A stretch of DNA of 64,000 nt from positions 62,570,464-62,634,463 of the forward strand of contig NC_043011.1 in NCBI RefSeq assembly GCF_006345805.1. Reading direction: 5' to 3'. A program made the position numbers and the translations under genes. The stretch is from Octopus sinensis (Eukaryota). Below, piece by piece: positions 1-14,401 of the stretch; positions within the stretch are counted from its first letter, which is position 1; every line of letters begins with the position of its first letter. The notes beneath the pieces were generated by a model, which made no database searches, had not been told where the DNA came from, and saw only the letters and a list, made by a program, of their open reading frames with translations.

Positions 1-324
1 TTTGATATCAATTTCTTTTCTTAGTTTGTTTCCCATTTTCTTCTGTGTCACTACTTGAACACGTATAATCAAACGGCATTGGCATTTATACATCATTATA
101 TATATATAAATATATATATATATACATACCCACACATATATATATATATATAGATAGATATATACATATACATATGTATATATATATATGCATATGTATA
201 TCTGTACATATATACATATATTTATATACATATATATATACGCATAAATATATATATGCATATATATATATATGTGTATATATATACATATACATATATA
301 TGTATGCATACATATATATTTATC

Positions 325-371
<47 letters not shown>

Positions 372-540
372 ACACATACACATATATATCTACTTATGTA
401 TAAGCAGATATATGTATATAGACATACACACACGCGCACACACACACACACATACACATATATATATATGTAAAAACACTCATAGAGAGTGTGTGCTTGT
501 GTGTGTTTCTATATTTGAGTGTATAGGTTTCTCTCTCTCC

Positions 541-589
<49 letters not shown>

Positions 590-1084
590 GTATATACACT
601 CACACATACACATATGCACACATATCGGTACAAACAAAGTCACAAGCGCGCGCACCCACATACACACGCATGAATGTACGTGTGTTTGTGCTCGGCAACT
701 GTTTTTTTCTTTCACGGAATGAACATTTAATACTCGAAACAAATTGAATATAACTTTTTTTTTTAATATTTTGTTATTTCGAATTCCTCATGAAATGATT
801 AAATTCCATTATATACGTAAAGCATTCGTGCGTTTACACTCACACATACACACACGCAAACACGCACGGGCACACATATACCTACTCACACACACCCTAA
901 CTGCTAGCATACACTGACAGAGAGATAGAGAGTGAATGAGAGGGAGAGAGAAAGAGAGTGAGAGAGAAACAGTGAGTGAATGAGAGAGAAAAATTAATGG
1001 AAACTAAAGTAAGAAGCCTGTAGTTTTATCCAATCCAAAGATATCTTATTGATTATATTGATTTCAAATTCTTCGTTACGGCCA

Positions 1085-1408
1085 GTAGATTCGTAGAAGT
1101 AAGGAGGTTAGTCAATTACATCGACCCCAGCACTCAAGGTCCACCTAGGCAAACGTAATGATGGACGAAATACCTATATCTTTACTGCCCACATAGGGCT
1201 AAACACAGAGAGAACAAACAAGGACAGACAAACGGATTAAGTCGATTATATCGACCCAGATGCGTAACTGGTAGTTATTTAATCGACCCCGAAAGGATGA
1301 AAGGCAGAGTCGACCTCGGCGGAATTTGAACTCAGAACGTAGCGGCAGACGAAATACTGCTAAGCACTTCGCCCGGCGCGCTACAGATTCTGCCAGCTCG
1401 CCGCCTTA
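1085..1408 (-). mobile_element. tRNA-derived SINE with Deu/Nin-like central domain
   Basis: Head GGCGGCGAGCTGGCAGAATC...GAGTTCAAATTCC (A/B boxes); body GCCTTTCATCCTTTCGGGGTCGAT. The Deu/Nin assignment is from memory of the consensus. Confidence 0.75.
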
Positions 1409-1920
1409 AACCCGAATATTATTCAAATATATCTTTATATATATTTACATATCTGAGCATACACACGCATTCATACACACGCATTCATATATACACACGC
1501 ATTCATACACACGCACACATATTTAGCTGGTGCAGAACTCAATTCATCTATGATCCAGAACACAATGGTATTTGAGTAAAGAATGGCAATAGAAAACAAT
1601 GGTTGGACACAGAACGAAACCAAATATTTTGTAATGTACTTCAGTGGCTTACAGCTGTTTCTGTTATAGCATATGGCGAACTCATTTAGCCGAGTGCCAG
1701 GATATCATCCTATAGTTCCATCAGAGCATTGAATATGGCGTGCACTTTATTTGGGAAAGTTTCATTTTCAGAACATACTGTTGTTAGAAGTGAGAAAGTT
1801 AATGTTGATGGTTATGACAATTTCTATCGCAAGTTACAAAATGTACGCGAATATACGCATGCGCCAAAGGTAAGAATTAAAAGGGATATATATATATATA
1901 TGTGTGTGTGTGTGTATAGA

Positions 1921-2011
<91 letters not shown>

Positions 2012-2218
2012 ATGTGTGTGTGTGTGTGGTGTGTGTGTGTGTGTGCATGTGTGTGTGTGTGTGTGCGCGTATAATAATACTTTGAGGGAATATTATTCCA
2101 AACTTGCAGGGAAAAATTCAATTTAGAAATACTAAACCAAATTTCACAAAATATAATATATATATAAATTAGGAAAAAACACCTTTTATCAATTCAAAAT
2201 GAAAAATTAAATTTCACC

Positions 2219-2304
<86 letters not shown>

Positions 2305-4321
2305 ATATATATATACATGCATTATATACACATACGTGCACCCGCCCCACACATATATGTGTATACATATGTATATACTCTATGATAGTAAGTGGGATGG
2401 ATATTCTAGTATATATTGCCATAGCTTATACTTTTTATAGAATGGGAGTGAAGGGCAAAGCATAAAGTAAGGTTGTGTGCCAATCCTCTGGCCCTTACCG
2501 TTCCATCTACTAGCAGGTTAATCCTGCCGACGAAGAGTTAATCCTTGTAGCGTATAAAAGATGAGTAACAGGATTAGTGGTGACATTCTCGGGGAATCTC
2601 GAGATCAAAGTGAACAGAACGTTTTGTTACAAAGGACGTTCAACAAAGTGGTATTTCCTAATAAATTCCTAGTCTGAAAATGCTTGTGAAAGCATTAACA
2701 TTTTCGGATAAACACTATAGGCAACGGAAATGCCATCTACCGACCCGGTCCGAAAACACCACTTTGAATAATAACGTAAAAGCGATATAGTCGTAATAAT
2801 ACTTTCTAATTCATGCACACGGTAATGAAATTTTGATGGAGGGGCTCTAATTTTCTCTGTCAATCCTAGTGTTCGATTTGTACTTATTTCGTTCACCCGG
2901 AAATTCTGACGGATTTTGAACAGAGAATTTAAGCATTGACGAAAAGCCTCCATGTATATCGATCGACGTGATAACTCATCTACCAGCTCGCAGCCGCAAT
3001 AGAATGGTTTCAAATTTAAACCGTAAGGCAGGTTTGAGAGTAGAAATGTTTGTCAATGCCATTGACCCCAGTTCTCGATTGGGGTCAACTACAAAGAAAA
3101 GAGATACAAAGCAAAAGAGTTGAAGTAATTATCGTTAAGTGTTTTGTTCGACGCCCCAACGATTCCTCTTGCGTGATCCCTCAGTAATACTAAAACATTC
3201 CAACAGCATTAATACCCTTTTCGATTGAAATATATATATATGCATCGGTGGGAAATAACTGAACGAAAATCTGTATGTCGATCTTTCTATGGATATAATA
3301 TAAAGTAGGAATAAATTTGCATTCGTCCCTCCACTAGAGGGAAGACAATGTCCTTGGATGTATTACTTCAACTAAATTCTTACAAGTGATGCTACAGCGT
3401 CAGTTGCTGTGAAATGTCTGAAAGCTCGCAGTAAAATAAAGAAAAAGAAAAAAAGAGAGTTTAGCAACCTAAATTAAATGGACATTCGATTTGAAAACGT
3501 ATTGGCATTATCAATATTTCTAACAATAAGCATCATTCTAGTTTTGCATGATTTGCCTGTATACTCCATCCCCCTCTCCCCCCTTTTCCCATCTCTCTCT
3601 ATATTAACGTAAATAAAACAAGAAGAGAAAAGAAAAATTACCAGCATGGCTTATTTTTCCTCAGAAGCATTATGTTGAAAATGGCGCTTATCTGCCTTAC
3701 TTTCTACATTGTACATTCCAGGAGAAAGACAGAAAGAATCACGTAGAGAAGATGGCGAATTGTTCCATTGGCCGGCCACAGTGTAAAATAATTATTTAGG
3801 AAAAATTATCGCAGCTTTGGACAGAATCGTCACATTGTCTCCCCATTGGTCATGTTTGTGTACAGCATCGTAAAGAGCTTTTGCCATGCAAGTGATACGG
3901 ACATCAGCAATAGACTCCTGTGTATTCATGCGGAGATATCAAACAGAATATATCATTTAATATCACACAGCCACGCTCTCTTCGTCATCGACATTATGGC
4001 ACAGCTTCTTATATCTCTTTCAGAACAACGAATTCAATGCGTTAGACTGTGGGAGAAAAATATGGATATATAAGTATCTATTTCGATGTATGCATACACC
4101 GATAGTTCCCGTACATATACTTAAAAGCATATATCCATTGCATAAGATAGATTCAGGCATTATCATTTAGTTACATCCGTGTTCATAACTCCGTGTGTAT
4201 CTCCCTGTAGCTAGCTGTATACGTATGAGGTATATAATGTGCCATACATATACGTACAAGCATATACATATGCATCACAAACGCGTATGTATATGCGGTA
4301 ACATAGAACTTATATATATAT

Positions 4322-4394
<73 letters not shown>

Positions 4395-4458
4395 TGTGTG
4401 TATATGTGCGTGTTGCGCGCGTCTGTGTGTCTGCATTCACACAAACACACTTATATAC

Positions 4459-4502
<44 letters not shown>

Positions 4503-4683
4503 TTATATATATTATATATATATATATACATGCGTACATCTTCAACACTTGCGTATATAAAGCTATATCTCCCCCTATCCAGACTTATATATGCGTATAT
4601 ATATATATATATAATGGAATAGTTAATATGAAGTATATATATGTTGTATGTGCGTAAAAGCAAATACATATATATATATTATA

Positions 4684-4734
<51 letters not shown>

Positions 4735-4871
4735 TGTTAGCACGCGTGTATATAATGTTTATAATGTATATATAATGTTTATTCATGAACGTATATTTGC
4801 AGACGTAGTTAAAATATACATAATATTCAGACGCTAGCATAGAACATAAATTGGCAATTCTTGAGGCAAAT

Positions 4872-4906
<35 letters not shown>

Positions 4907-6946
4907 CATACTTGGAAATTACGTATTATTGACATATTCTACATCAAGACTATCCACACACATACACACACACACATACACACAAACACATAGACACAAA
5001 CACATACATACGCACAAAATCACGACAAAGAAATACTGATCATTTATCTTTTACCTGTTTCAGTAACTATATTGCGGCCATGCTGGGGCACCGTGTCGAA
5101 AAATTTTAGCCAAATTAATTGACTCCAGTCCTTTTTTATTTGTTCCAGAGTGGTAATTATTCTTTCGGTCTCCTTGGCCGAATCGTTAATTTACAAGGGC
5201 ATAAACACGCCAACACCGGTTCTCAAAAAGGATGGGAGGAACAAACTAACACACACAAACATATAGATACGTCGAGATTCCTTTAGTTTCCGTCTACGAA
5301 ATGCTGTCAGAATTTTAGAAGATACTCGCCCAAACTGCAATGCAGGGGTTTTGAACCGGAAACCATGTGGTTGGAAGCAAGCATCTTATCGCACATGCAC
5401 GCCAAAATTGCATCCAACCACAACGAATTTAATCATAAATTAATTGATATAGTGGTATTACTGTAGAGAATGAGACACACCTATATATTGATATTTTTTA
5501 GTTGGCTGGAGTGGATCTTCTTCAAAGAGTAATGCTCTTCTAGAATGATATCCAGATAATATCGTCCGTAGACGAAGTGGTACCGCAATGAATGTTGCCT
5601 ACCAGTGCCCGGGTTTTGGCATACCACGGGGAATATCACGGCTGATACTTCACCCCCACACATTCCCGGAGACTACCATTTACATCTCACCGCCTCCATT
5701 TCCTGTTATGCGCTGTTAACAATGTGTGGCAAGGAAATTAACTCTTTATTTATAAAACCAGTACAGCGCCTAAGAATATCAGACCTCAGCCCTTCTCAGT
5801 TTTAAACATATCTGTGTAGTTAAGGTGGAACACGATGATTTCTGTTGAAGCGAAGAAGATCTGGCATCACTCACTGATTGATATCTATTGATGCATTTGT
5901 AGGTTGTGTCTTGGCTTCTTGTTGACGTTTTTTGATCGGCAGGCTCAGATTCGATTGTCACTAACACCATTGCATTTCTCTGCCTTTATTCCTTTATTAC
6001 AAAAACGTGTTGGCCTGTCCGGGAGAGGCTTCTATTTGAATGTATCGCAGGTGAGTTTCTGATTGGCCCTATCCCTTCTCTTTTCCACGTGGTTCCCCGT
6101 TGGAAAGTAGACCTTGGATATTCATACGTGACATCGATTGTGGTATGTTTTCCGCTACGGAACATATTGCTAGGATAGCAGTCTAGTACGTCATTACATT
6201 TTGACGCAGATCCGCTGCAACCAGCTCGTTCTCATCCAGAAAAGCTATTGCAGAACTTATGCATAGTCTTTAAAGGACCTATTGCAAGGACATTCTAATT
6301 TGTAATCCTAATAGGTGAGTATAGATGGTCCTCAGAAGTAGAAACTGTCCCAGCCAACTCGGTTCATGACTTGACTCTGAAGCCTCATCGCGTGTTTTAC
6401 AGCCCTCCCTCCTCCCTCCTTACCCCCCTCCACATCCCTCTTTCCCTCCCAGACAAAGGAATTCGGGAAATATGTCAAATGGCAATATTTCGTACACAGC
6501 TGAATTAAGTTAGAACACCTTGAGAGTAATGAACTTGCCCAAGACTTTAAATTGATGTTGGACAAAGTGACCCACACTGCTCATATTGAAGGACAGGACC
6601 CGAAACACGCATTTCGCAACTTTCTGTCGTACCACATGGAATCTCACAACCGAGAATCCCCTCCCACGCATTCTATGACACCGCCGTTTACTTCCTGCAC
6701 TATTTCCAGTCATGCGCTGCTAATAATGTCCGGGAAGGGAGATAACTCACTATAAAAACAGCCTTAGAACAACTCAAAATATCAAACTATATTAGTCGAT
6801 AATTAGACTCACAGCAACACATAAGCAAGACGTAATCAAAATTATGCTATTAGGCTCTATACGGTATTGAGTACTCTTCAAATTTCCACAGTTAACGCCA
6901 AACGTATATGTGATTGTACTTGTGTGTGCGTGTGTGTGGTGTGTGT

Positions 6947-7002
<56 letters not shown>

Positions 7003-8097
7003 GCGAGAGAGAGAGAGTGAGTGATTGAAACGCATTTAGTTCCGTCGTCCAGACATTGTGCTCTTATAAGTGTTGCAAGTTTAACAATGACATTTCCAAT
7101 GAAAGTGTCAAGTACGAGACAACGTTTGGTATTTCTGTCACTTATTGACTGAGTAAACAAGAACGAAACCTTATCACCACCACCACCCCCACCACCCCGC
7201 CGCATCAACATCATCATCGCCATCATCGTTGTCATCATCGTCATCATCGTTGTCATCATCAGCTTCATCATCGTCCTTGTCATCGTCGTGGTCGCCATCA
7301 TCCTCATCATCATCGAAGTCATCCCCGTCGTCCTCCTTTCCTTCCTCCTCCTCATTCCTTCACCACCACCTCCTCCTCCCCATTCCTCCACCTCTTCCTC
7401 CTCCTCCTCCCCTCCACTCATCTCCTTCCTCCCCCTCCTTTTCCCTCCTCATCTTCATCGTCATCATCATCATCTCCTCACCGTCCATAGGGAAACATCG
7501 CCACCATCACCGCCGCCACCGTTCTAATTAAAATGTCAGATACCATAACATTTCAATGTCTGTTGTTGTTGTTGCTGTTTTTATCCTGTGTTATTCTTCT
7601 TCTTGTTCTTATTAGTGTCACTCCCTATCTCACAGCTGCTTTCCTCTCCGTGCCTGTTGCTGCGGCTGCTGCTGTTGCTGCGGCTGTCGCCTTCCTTCTG
7701 ATAATTGATGTTGTTGTTGCTACCGCTGTCTTTTTGTTGTATATTACCCTGGCGTCATGTAGGCTGCAATTGTTGTTGTTATTTTTATTCTATCTTTTAC
7801 CTTTTTTACTTGTTTCAGTAATCAGACTGCGGCCATGCTGTAGCACAACCTTAACGTAGTTTTTAAAGTCGAATGTATCGAATGTATCAACCCCAGCACT
7901 TTTCTATCGATCCCTTTCGCCAAAACGCTATGTTACACGGACGTAAACACACGCACACACAAACATACAGGCTTCAAAGGCACATAGGTGTATGTGTGTG
8001 TGTGTGTGCGTGTGTGTGTGTGTATTAGACAAAATGAGATAACAAAACCAAGGCTGTGGAGGAGTTTTCAGGACATTTATAAGGAAAAAGATATAGA

Positions 8098-8153
8098 TAT
8101 CGTCTTCCAGATGATTCTGGGATATTGTGGATATCCCTTCATCAGAGACGATA
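8098..8153 (-). ncRNA. Degenerate hammerhead, same family as 46868-46915
   Basis: Minus strand reads TATCGTCT-CTGATGA-A-GGGATAT-CCACA-ATATCCC-A-GAATC-ATCT-GGA-AGACGATA. Helices I and II are perfect; GAAA and the cut triplet are mutated. Confidence 0.48.
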
Positions 8154-8765
8154 GGAGAGATGGTTAGAGGGAAAATATTTGAAGTGAGGAATTATTATGG
8201 AAAAGGAGGCGATAGGGAATAAGAGAATGAAAGAAGAAATAAAATATAAAATATATAAAGATATTGTAGTTGCAGTTCCATTATTCGAAGAAAGTAGTGT
8301 ATAGGAGTGGCAAAAAAATGTTTCCTCTACATCGTATGTAAGTTGGCGGTCTGTTCATAGCACTTAGTCTTACCTGCCATTCTTTGGGTCTTCTAGATAC
8401 CAATACTTCTCATATATATATATATAAAGGCAACTCGTTGCTAAACCCTTATTGCTTAGTATTACTTAAACTTTCCTCGAATGAGGCTTTTACATGCCGA
8501 AGACTACTTGGTGTAATTGATAATTTTTCCAAATTAATTAATTTCACCCTTCATTATTACGGATAACCATATTTTATCTCAGTAGATGACCACAGCATCT
8601 TGTTTTGGCTACACGCGGGTGGGAAGGGGCTGTTGACACAATCGTTTCATTCACAAATTGAATTCGGTGATACCAGTTGCGGGTTCTAGCTCGCTCTGAT
8701 ACTGAGTGGAGTGGTGCCTTCTGGTATCTCAAAATTCAATATATAATCATTTATGATTATAGTAT

Positions 8766-8878
8766 TCTACGCTGAAGAGAAAAGAAGTTTCGGTAAGATA
8801 GAATTATTTATTATTTAATATTAATATTTAATTCGTATGCTTTCCTTAAAACTTGATTTCGAAACGTACGTCCGTGGA
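8766..8878 (+). ncRNA. Type I hammerhead ribozyme, array copy 1
   Basis: Helix I TCTACG/CGTGGA; core CTGAAGA (8772-8778); helix II GAAA/TTTC closing a long irregular stem; GAAA (8861-8864); helix III palindrome ACGTACGT; GUC site with predicted cut after 8872. Confidence 0.85.
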
Positions 8879-9367
8879 TAACTAAAAAAATGTATGATAG
8901 ATTGCAGTCAATTCATTCTCTCTTACCTGTTTGTGCCTTCCAAATGCTGTTTTTACTGAGATCTCCCTTTTTAGTAGAAGAAATAGCTATAACCCTTTGA
9001 CTGCTATTTCTAAATTCGGTATGTGGTAAGGCAACTCGTTGCTAAACCCTTATTGCTTAGTATTACTTAAACTTTCCTCGAATGAGGCTTTTACATGCCG
9101 AAGACTACTTGGTGTAATTGATAATTTTTCCAAATTAATTAATTTCACCCTTCATTATTACGGATAACCATATTTTATCTCAGTAGATGACCACAGCATC
9201 TTGTTTTGGCTACACGCGGGTGGGAAGGGGCTGTTGACACAATCGTTTCATTCACAAATTGAATTCGGTGATACCAGTTGCGGGTTCTAGCTCGCTCTGA
9301 TACTGAGTGGAGTTGGTGCCTTCTGGTATCTCAAAATTCAATATATAATCATTTATGATTATAGTAT

Positions 9368-9480
9368 TCTACGCTGAAGAGAAAAGAAGTTTCGGTAAGA
9401 TAGAATTATTATTATTTAATATTTAATATTTAATTCGTATGCTTTCCTTAAAACTTGATTTCGAAACGTACGTCCGTGGA
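9368..9480 (+). ncRNA. Type I hammerhead ribozyme, array copy 2
   Basis: Same helix I, core and helix III as copy 1; predicted cut after 9474. Confidence 0.85.
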
Positions 9481-9967
9481 TAACTAAAAAAATGTATGAT
9501 AGATTGCAGTCAATTCATTCTCTCTTACCTGTTTGTGCCTTCCAAATGCTGTTTTTACTGAGATCTCCCTTTTTAGTAGAAGAAATAGCTATACCCTTTG
9601 ACTGCTATTTCTAAATTCGGTATGTGGTAAGGCAACTCGTTGCTAAACCCTTATTGCTTAGTATTACTTAAACTTTCCTCGAATGAGGCTTTTACATGCC
9701 GAAGACTACTTGGTGTAATTGATAATTTTTCCAAATTAATTAATTTCACCCTTCATTATTACGGATAACCATATTTTATCTCAGTAGATGACCACAGCAT
9801 CTTGTTTTGGCTACACGCGGGTGGGAAGGGGCTGTTGACACAATCGTTTCATTCACAAATTGAATTCGGTGATACCAGTTGCGGGTTCTAGCTCGCTCTG
9901 ATACTGAGTGGAGTGGTGCCTTCTGGTATCTCAAAATTCAATATATAATCATTTATGATTATAGTAT

Positions 9968-10081
9968 TCTACGCTGAAGAGAAAAGAAGTTTCGGTAAGA
10001 TAGAATTATTTATTATTTAATATTTAATATTTAATTCGTATGCTTTCCTTAAAACTTGATTTCGAAACGTACGTCCGTGGA
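9968..10081 (+). ncRNA. Type I hammerhead ribozyme, array copy 3
   Basis: Same helix I, core and helix III as copy 1; predicted cut after 10075. Confidence 0.85.
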
Positions 10082-10568
10082 TAACTAAAAAAATGTATGA
10101 TAGATTGCAGTCAATTCATTCTCTCTTACCTGTTTGTGCCTTCCAAATGCTGTTTTTACTGAGATCTCCCTTTTTAGTAGAAGAAATAGCTATAACCCTT
10201 TGACTGCTATTTCTAAATTCGGTATGTGGTAAGGCAACTCGTTGCTAAACCTTATTGCTTAGTATTACTTAAACTTCCTCGAATGAGGCTTTTACATGCC
10301 GAAGACTACTTGGTGTAATTGATAATTTTTCCAAATTAATTAATTTCACCCTTCATTATTACGGATAACCATATTTTATCTCAGTAGATGACCACAGCAT
10401 CTTGTTTTGGCTACACGCGGGTGGGAAGGGGCTGTTGACACAATCGTTTCATTCACAAATTGAATTCGGTGATACCAGTTGCGGGTTCTAGCTCGCTCTG
10501 ATACTGAGTGGAGTTGGTGCCTTCTGGTATCTCAAAATTCAATATATAATCATTTATGATTATAGTAT

Positions 10569-10681
10569 TCTACGCTGAAGAGAAAAGAAGTTTCGGTAAG
10601 ATAGAATTATTTATTATTTAATATTAATATTTAATTCGTATGCTTTCCTTAAAACTTGATTTCGAAACGTACGTCCGTGGA
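10569..10681 (+). ncRNA. Type I hammerhead ribozyme, array copy 4
   Basis: Same helix I, core and helix III as copy 1; predicted cut after 10675. Confidence 0.85.
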
Positions 10682-10862
10682 TAACTAAAAAAATGTATGA
10701 TAGATTGCAGTCAATTCATTCTCTCTTACCTGTTTGTGCCTTCCAAATGCTGTTTTTACTGAGATCTCCCTTTTTAGTAGAAGAAATAGCTATAACCCTT
10801 TGACTGCTATTTCTAAATTCGGTATGTGGTAAGGCAACTCGTTGCTAAACCCTTATTGCTTA

Positions 10863-10897
<35 letters not shown>

Positions 10898-11131
10898 TGT
10901 AGGAGAAAGGGGTACGTTACGCCGCAATAATATATGTATAAAAATTATATATAAAAATTACAAAAGGGGACAAGAACGCAAACCACACAAAGAGACAGCA
11001 CAAAAAAACAAAAAAAAGCCTCTAATCTTCAGTCGGGAACCGGATCATCTTTATTTATATATTATAAATATTATTTATATATTATATATTATATTATATA
11101 ATATATATATATTATTTACTTTTATATTATA

Positions 11132-11644
11132 CTAGCAGTATCGCCCGGCGTTGCTCGGGTTTGTAAGGGAAATAACTATATAAGCATTTTTAGAGAGTTA
11201 ATTCCCTTATAGATGCCAATTCGGGCTTTCTTAGCCATTTCTGTTTTGGTGTCTTCAAGCCATGAAGTCGTTGTTCTAAAAGAACGCTGGTCTCCTTGAC
11301 AACGCATTACGACGTTGATTTCCTTAAACTCCCTTCCCCACAGCTTCACGAGGGAGGGAAGAAGGGGGAGAAGCAAACAGGTGCAGGTGTGACCATGGAC
11401 GCCAACTCCGCCGCCATCGACACACGAAAAATTATGCATTAAAATGGAATGAAAAATGATGTTAAATTATTTTTAAAATCGTAGACTCATCGTAGACGCG
11501 CGCTAATACTCAGACGGGCTCGATATGAATCACGACTATAAGATACCCGAATTTGGTTAAACTGCACCGCAAAATGTGGGAGTAGTTAGGAATCTAAATC
11601 GAAGGGGACAGACACTCACACAACTACAGTTTTATATATATAGA
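11132..11644 (-). mobile_element. Non-autonomous Helitron (513 bp)
   Basis: Minus strand starts A|TC and ends CTAG|T. The subterminal hairpin CCCG-AGCAACGC-CGGG lies just before CTAG. No TSD. Confidence 0.8.
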
Positions 11645-13601
11645 TTATATTATATTAAACTTTTTAATATTTTTTGGCTAGGTTAAAAAAAAAAGTTTAA
11701 AAATTTATAAATTTAAAATTTAAAAGATAACAATATAAAAATTTATAAATATAAATTAAAAAATTTTAAATTTTAATAATTTAAATTTTAAATTTTACAT
11801 TTTATATATATTTTGTATATTATATTAATTATATTCATTTTTTTGTTTTTTATCTTTTGGTTTATGTCTATCACTGTTTGAGTTGCCTAATAGTGGTTTT
11901 ATCCCTAATTTAATTTATATATATATATATATATATATCGTTTTGGAATTTGGTTTGCAAGATTCTCTATTTGAGTTCGTGTGTTGAAGCATATTCTGTT
12001 GTGTCTGGGGAGAGTCATTTTCATTTTGTGCCTTATAATGTCACACACTCACCGGTAAAATTTCCACTTATTTCTTTTTTTATTTTCCTAAAATTTTCGT
12101 TACGTCTTGCAACCTTTTCAATAATCTTGAAAGGCCGTTGGTCGGCGCATTATATCAATGGTGAAACAATATACCAATTGGTGTTCAATAATACGGACTT
12201 GAGAGATAGTGGTATTGATAGAGAACATGTTAATTGGAAGATTAAGATTATGGTGACATATCAGTATTGAACGGATTGATAAGCCAATGAAGATACAGCA
12301 ACAACAACAGCAACAACAACAACAATCTGCAACAATAACGAGAGCAGCGAGACGATTGGTTTTTCTTCCATTCTCATAGATTATTTTTTCTCCACTAAAC
12401 GAAATTGAAATCTCAACTTAAAGGACAATGATGACAGCAATAGCAATTACAATAACGACTAGTGATGATGATGATGATGATGATGATGACGACGTCGACG
12501 ACGGCGGTGGTGAGGATGGTGGGGATTGGATGGCGAGGACGAAAACGAAGACGATGATGATGATGAAGATAATGGCAATGATAATGATAGTAATGATGAT
12601 GATGATGATGATGATGAAGACGACGGCTAAGATGGCAGTGAGGTTGGGGATGGTCACGGCGACGTCAGCGGTGACGGTGAAGACGATCGACCGCAAAATA
12701 GATGAAAGGCAAAGTCGAACCCGGCGACATTTGAACTGCGAATGCAAAGTCGGAAGAAATATCGCTAAGCAGTTTTCCCGGTGCGGTAACGACTCCGCCA
12801 GCGCGCAGCCTTAGAAAAGAGCGGATTATATTTTTGGCTTCGGATATTTTGGTAGCATTATATATTATATTTCCTGAAAGTATGAAAGACTAAGTTGGTT
12901 TCAGTGGAATTTGAACTCAAAACGTTAACGAAGCGAGGAGGAAAAAATAAAATCATGTAAGTGCTTCGCGCCTCTATCAACCCTGTGAAACCAGCGATCT
13001 TGACAGATGATATAATATTAAACATATCGACTCAGACATTTTGGAATGGTTTCTTTTTCTGTGACGCTTTCGTAACAACAGAGGCCAGAAACTATCTTCG
13101 AATTTAACATAGAAATATATAGAAAATATATGACTTTGAAACCAGAAATTACAATATAGGCAATCATTTGATGTATATTTTAATCTATACCCAAATACGA
13201 TGGAGACTTCGGTAAAACCTCCATTGCTGCATGTGTGTTTATGTATATTATATATTTTATCCTGGTTCCAATATTCCTCTCATGATGTTTTCCCCCTAAA
13301 CAAATGGATTGATGAACGATCTAACCCGATGATAAATATGTAGTTTGTTGTGATATAATAGTGAGGTTATGTTGCGCTGGCACCAACGATGTGTCTGCGA
13401 TTATTATGCAAATGAAACCTAAGTGGTATCAGAACCGGAGTACTTCATCATTCTTGTTTAACGTTTAGGTTGTTGGTTCAGATTGATGAGAGAATCCTAC
13501 GCAGATACGAACAAGAACGGATGTGTGTACGCGTGTGCATACGTATGCATAGAGGTTGGTATGCATGTTTATATGTATGCGTGTGAGTATGCATATGGGT
13601 A

Positions 13602-13668
<67 letters not shown>

Positions 13669-13679
13669 TTATCTATCTA

Positions 13680-13732
<53 letters not shown>

Positions 13733-13733
13733 A

Positions 13734-13772
<39 letters not shown>

Positions 13773-13810
13773 GTATCTATCTACCTACCTATCTATCTAC
13801 CTATCTATCA

Positions 13811-13842
<32 letters not shown>

Positions 13843-13854
13843 CTCTCTATCTAT

Positions 13855-13915
<61 letters not shown>

Positions 13916-14351
13916 CATAAACATACACACGAAGATATACACAGATACACTCAGACGCATACACTCACACATACACGGACATACACATTAATCAAACATA
14001 CATACATGCACGCACTCACACACACACACACATATATATGCACGGGTATTCGCGTATGCATCCGTACATACATATAAAAAGATAGATATCTGTCTGTCTG
14101 TCTCTCTCGCTATATATCGGTAAGTGTAACTATCTGTCAATACGTTCGTACACACGCACAATTACACACGCCTCCCCACACAAAGTCATACAAACACACA
14201 CATACACATGCATATCATATGTATATTCGTATACACGCATACATGAGCACAAACCAACATACATGTGTATTTGTGAATGTACATTTATAAATATACATGC
14301 GTTTGTGTATGTGCGCGTATATGTGAGTGTGCGTGTGTGAGAGAGTGAGTG

Positions 14352-14401
<50 letters not shown>

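Larger units (their letters stand above)
8427..10865 (+). repeat. Head-to-tail tandem array, ~601-bp unit, 4 full copies plus ~35-bp partial; retrozyme-like
   Basis: Unit start AAGGCAACTCGTTGCTAAAC recurs at 8427, 9028, 9629, 10231 and 10831. The differences I saw between copies are single-base indels. (TA)n tracts lie on both sides. No meaningful ORF. Confidence 0.95.

Noticed and set aside
2669-3013. 114-aa minus-strand ORF in non-repetitive sequence
   Set aside because: It starts at a non-ATG codon, has no recognisable motif and has no convincing splice signals.
8427-10865. Array as CRISPR, 5S rDNA, or U1/SL RNA cluster (CTTACCTG at ~8922)
   Set aside because: There are no short repeat-spacer units and no 5S similarity. 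The CTTACCTG match is 8 nt with no U1 fold or Sm site.
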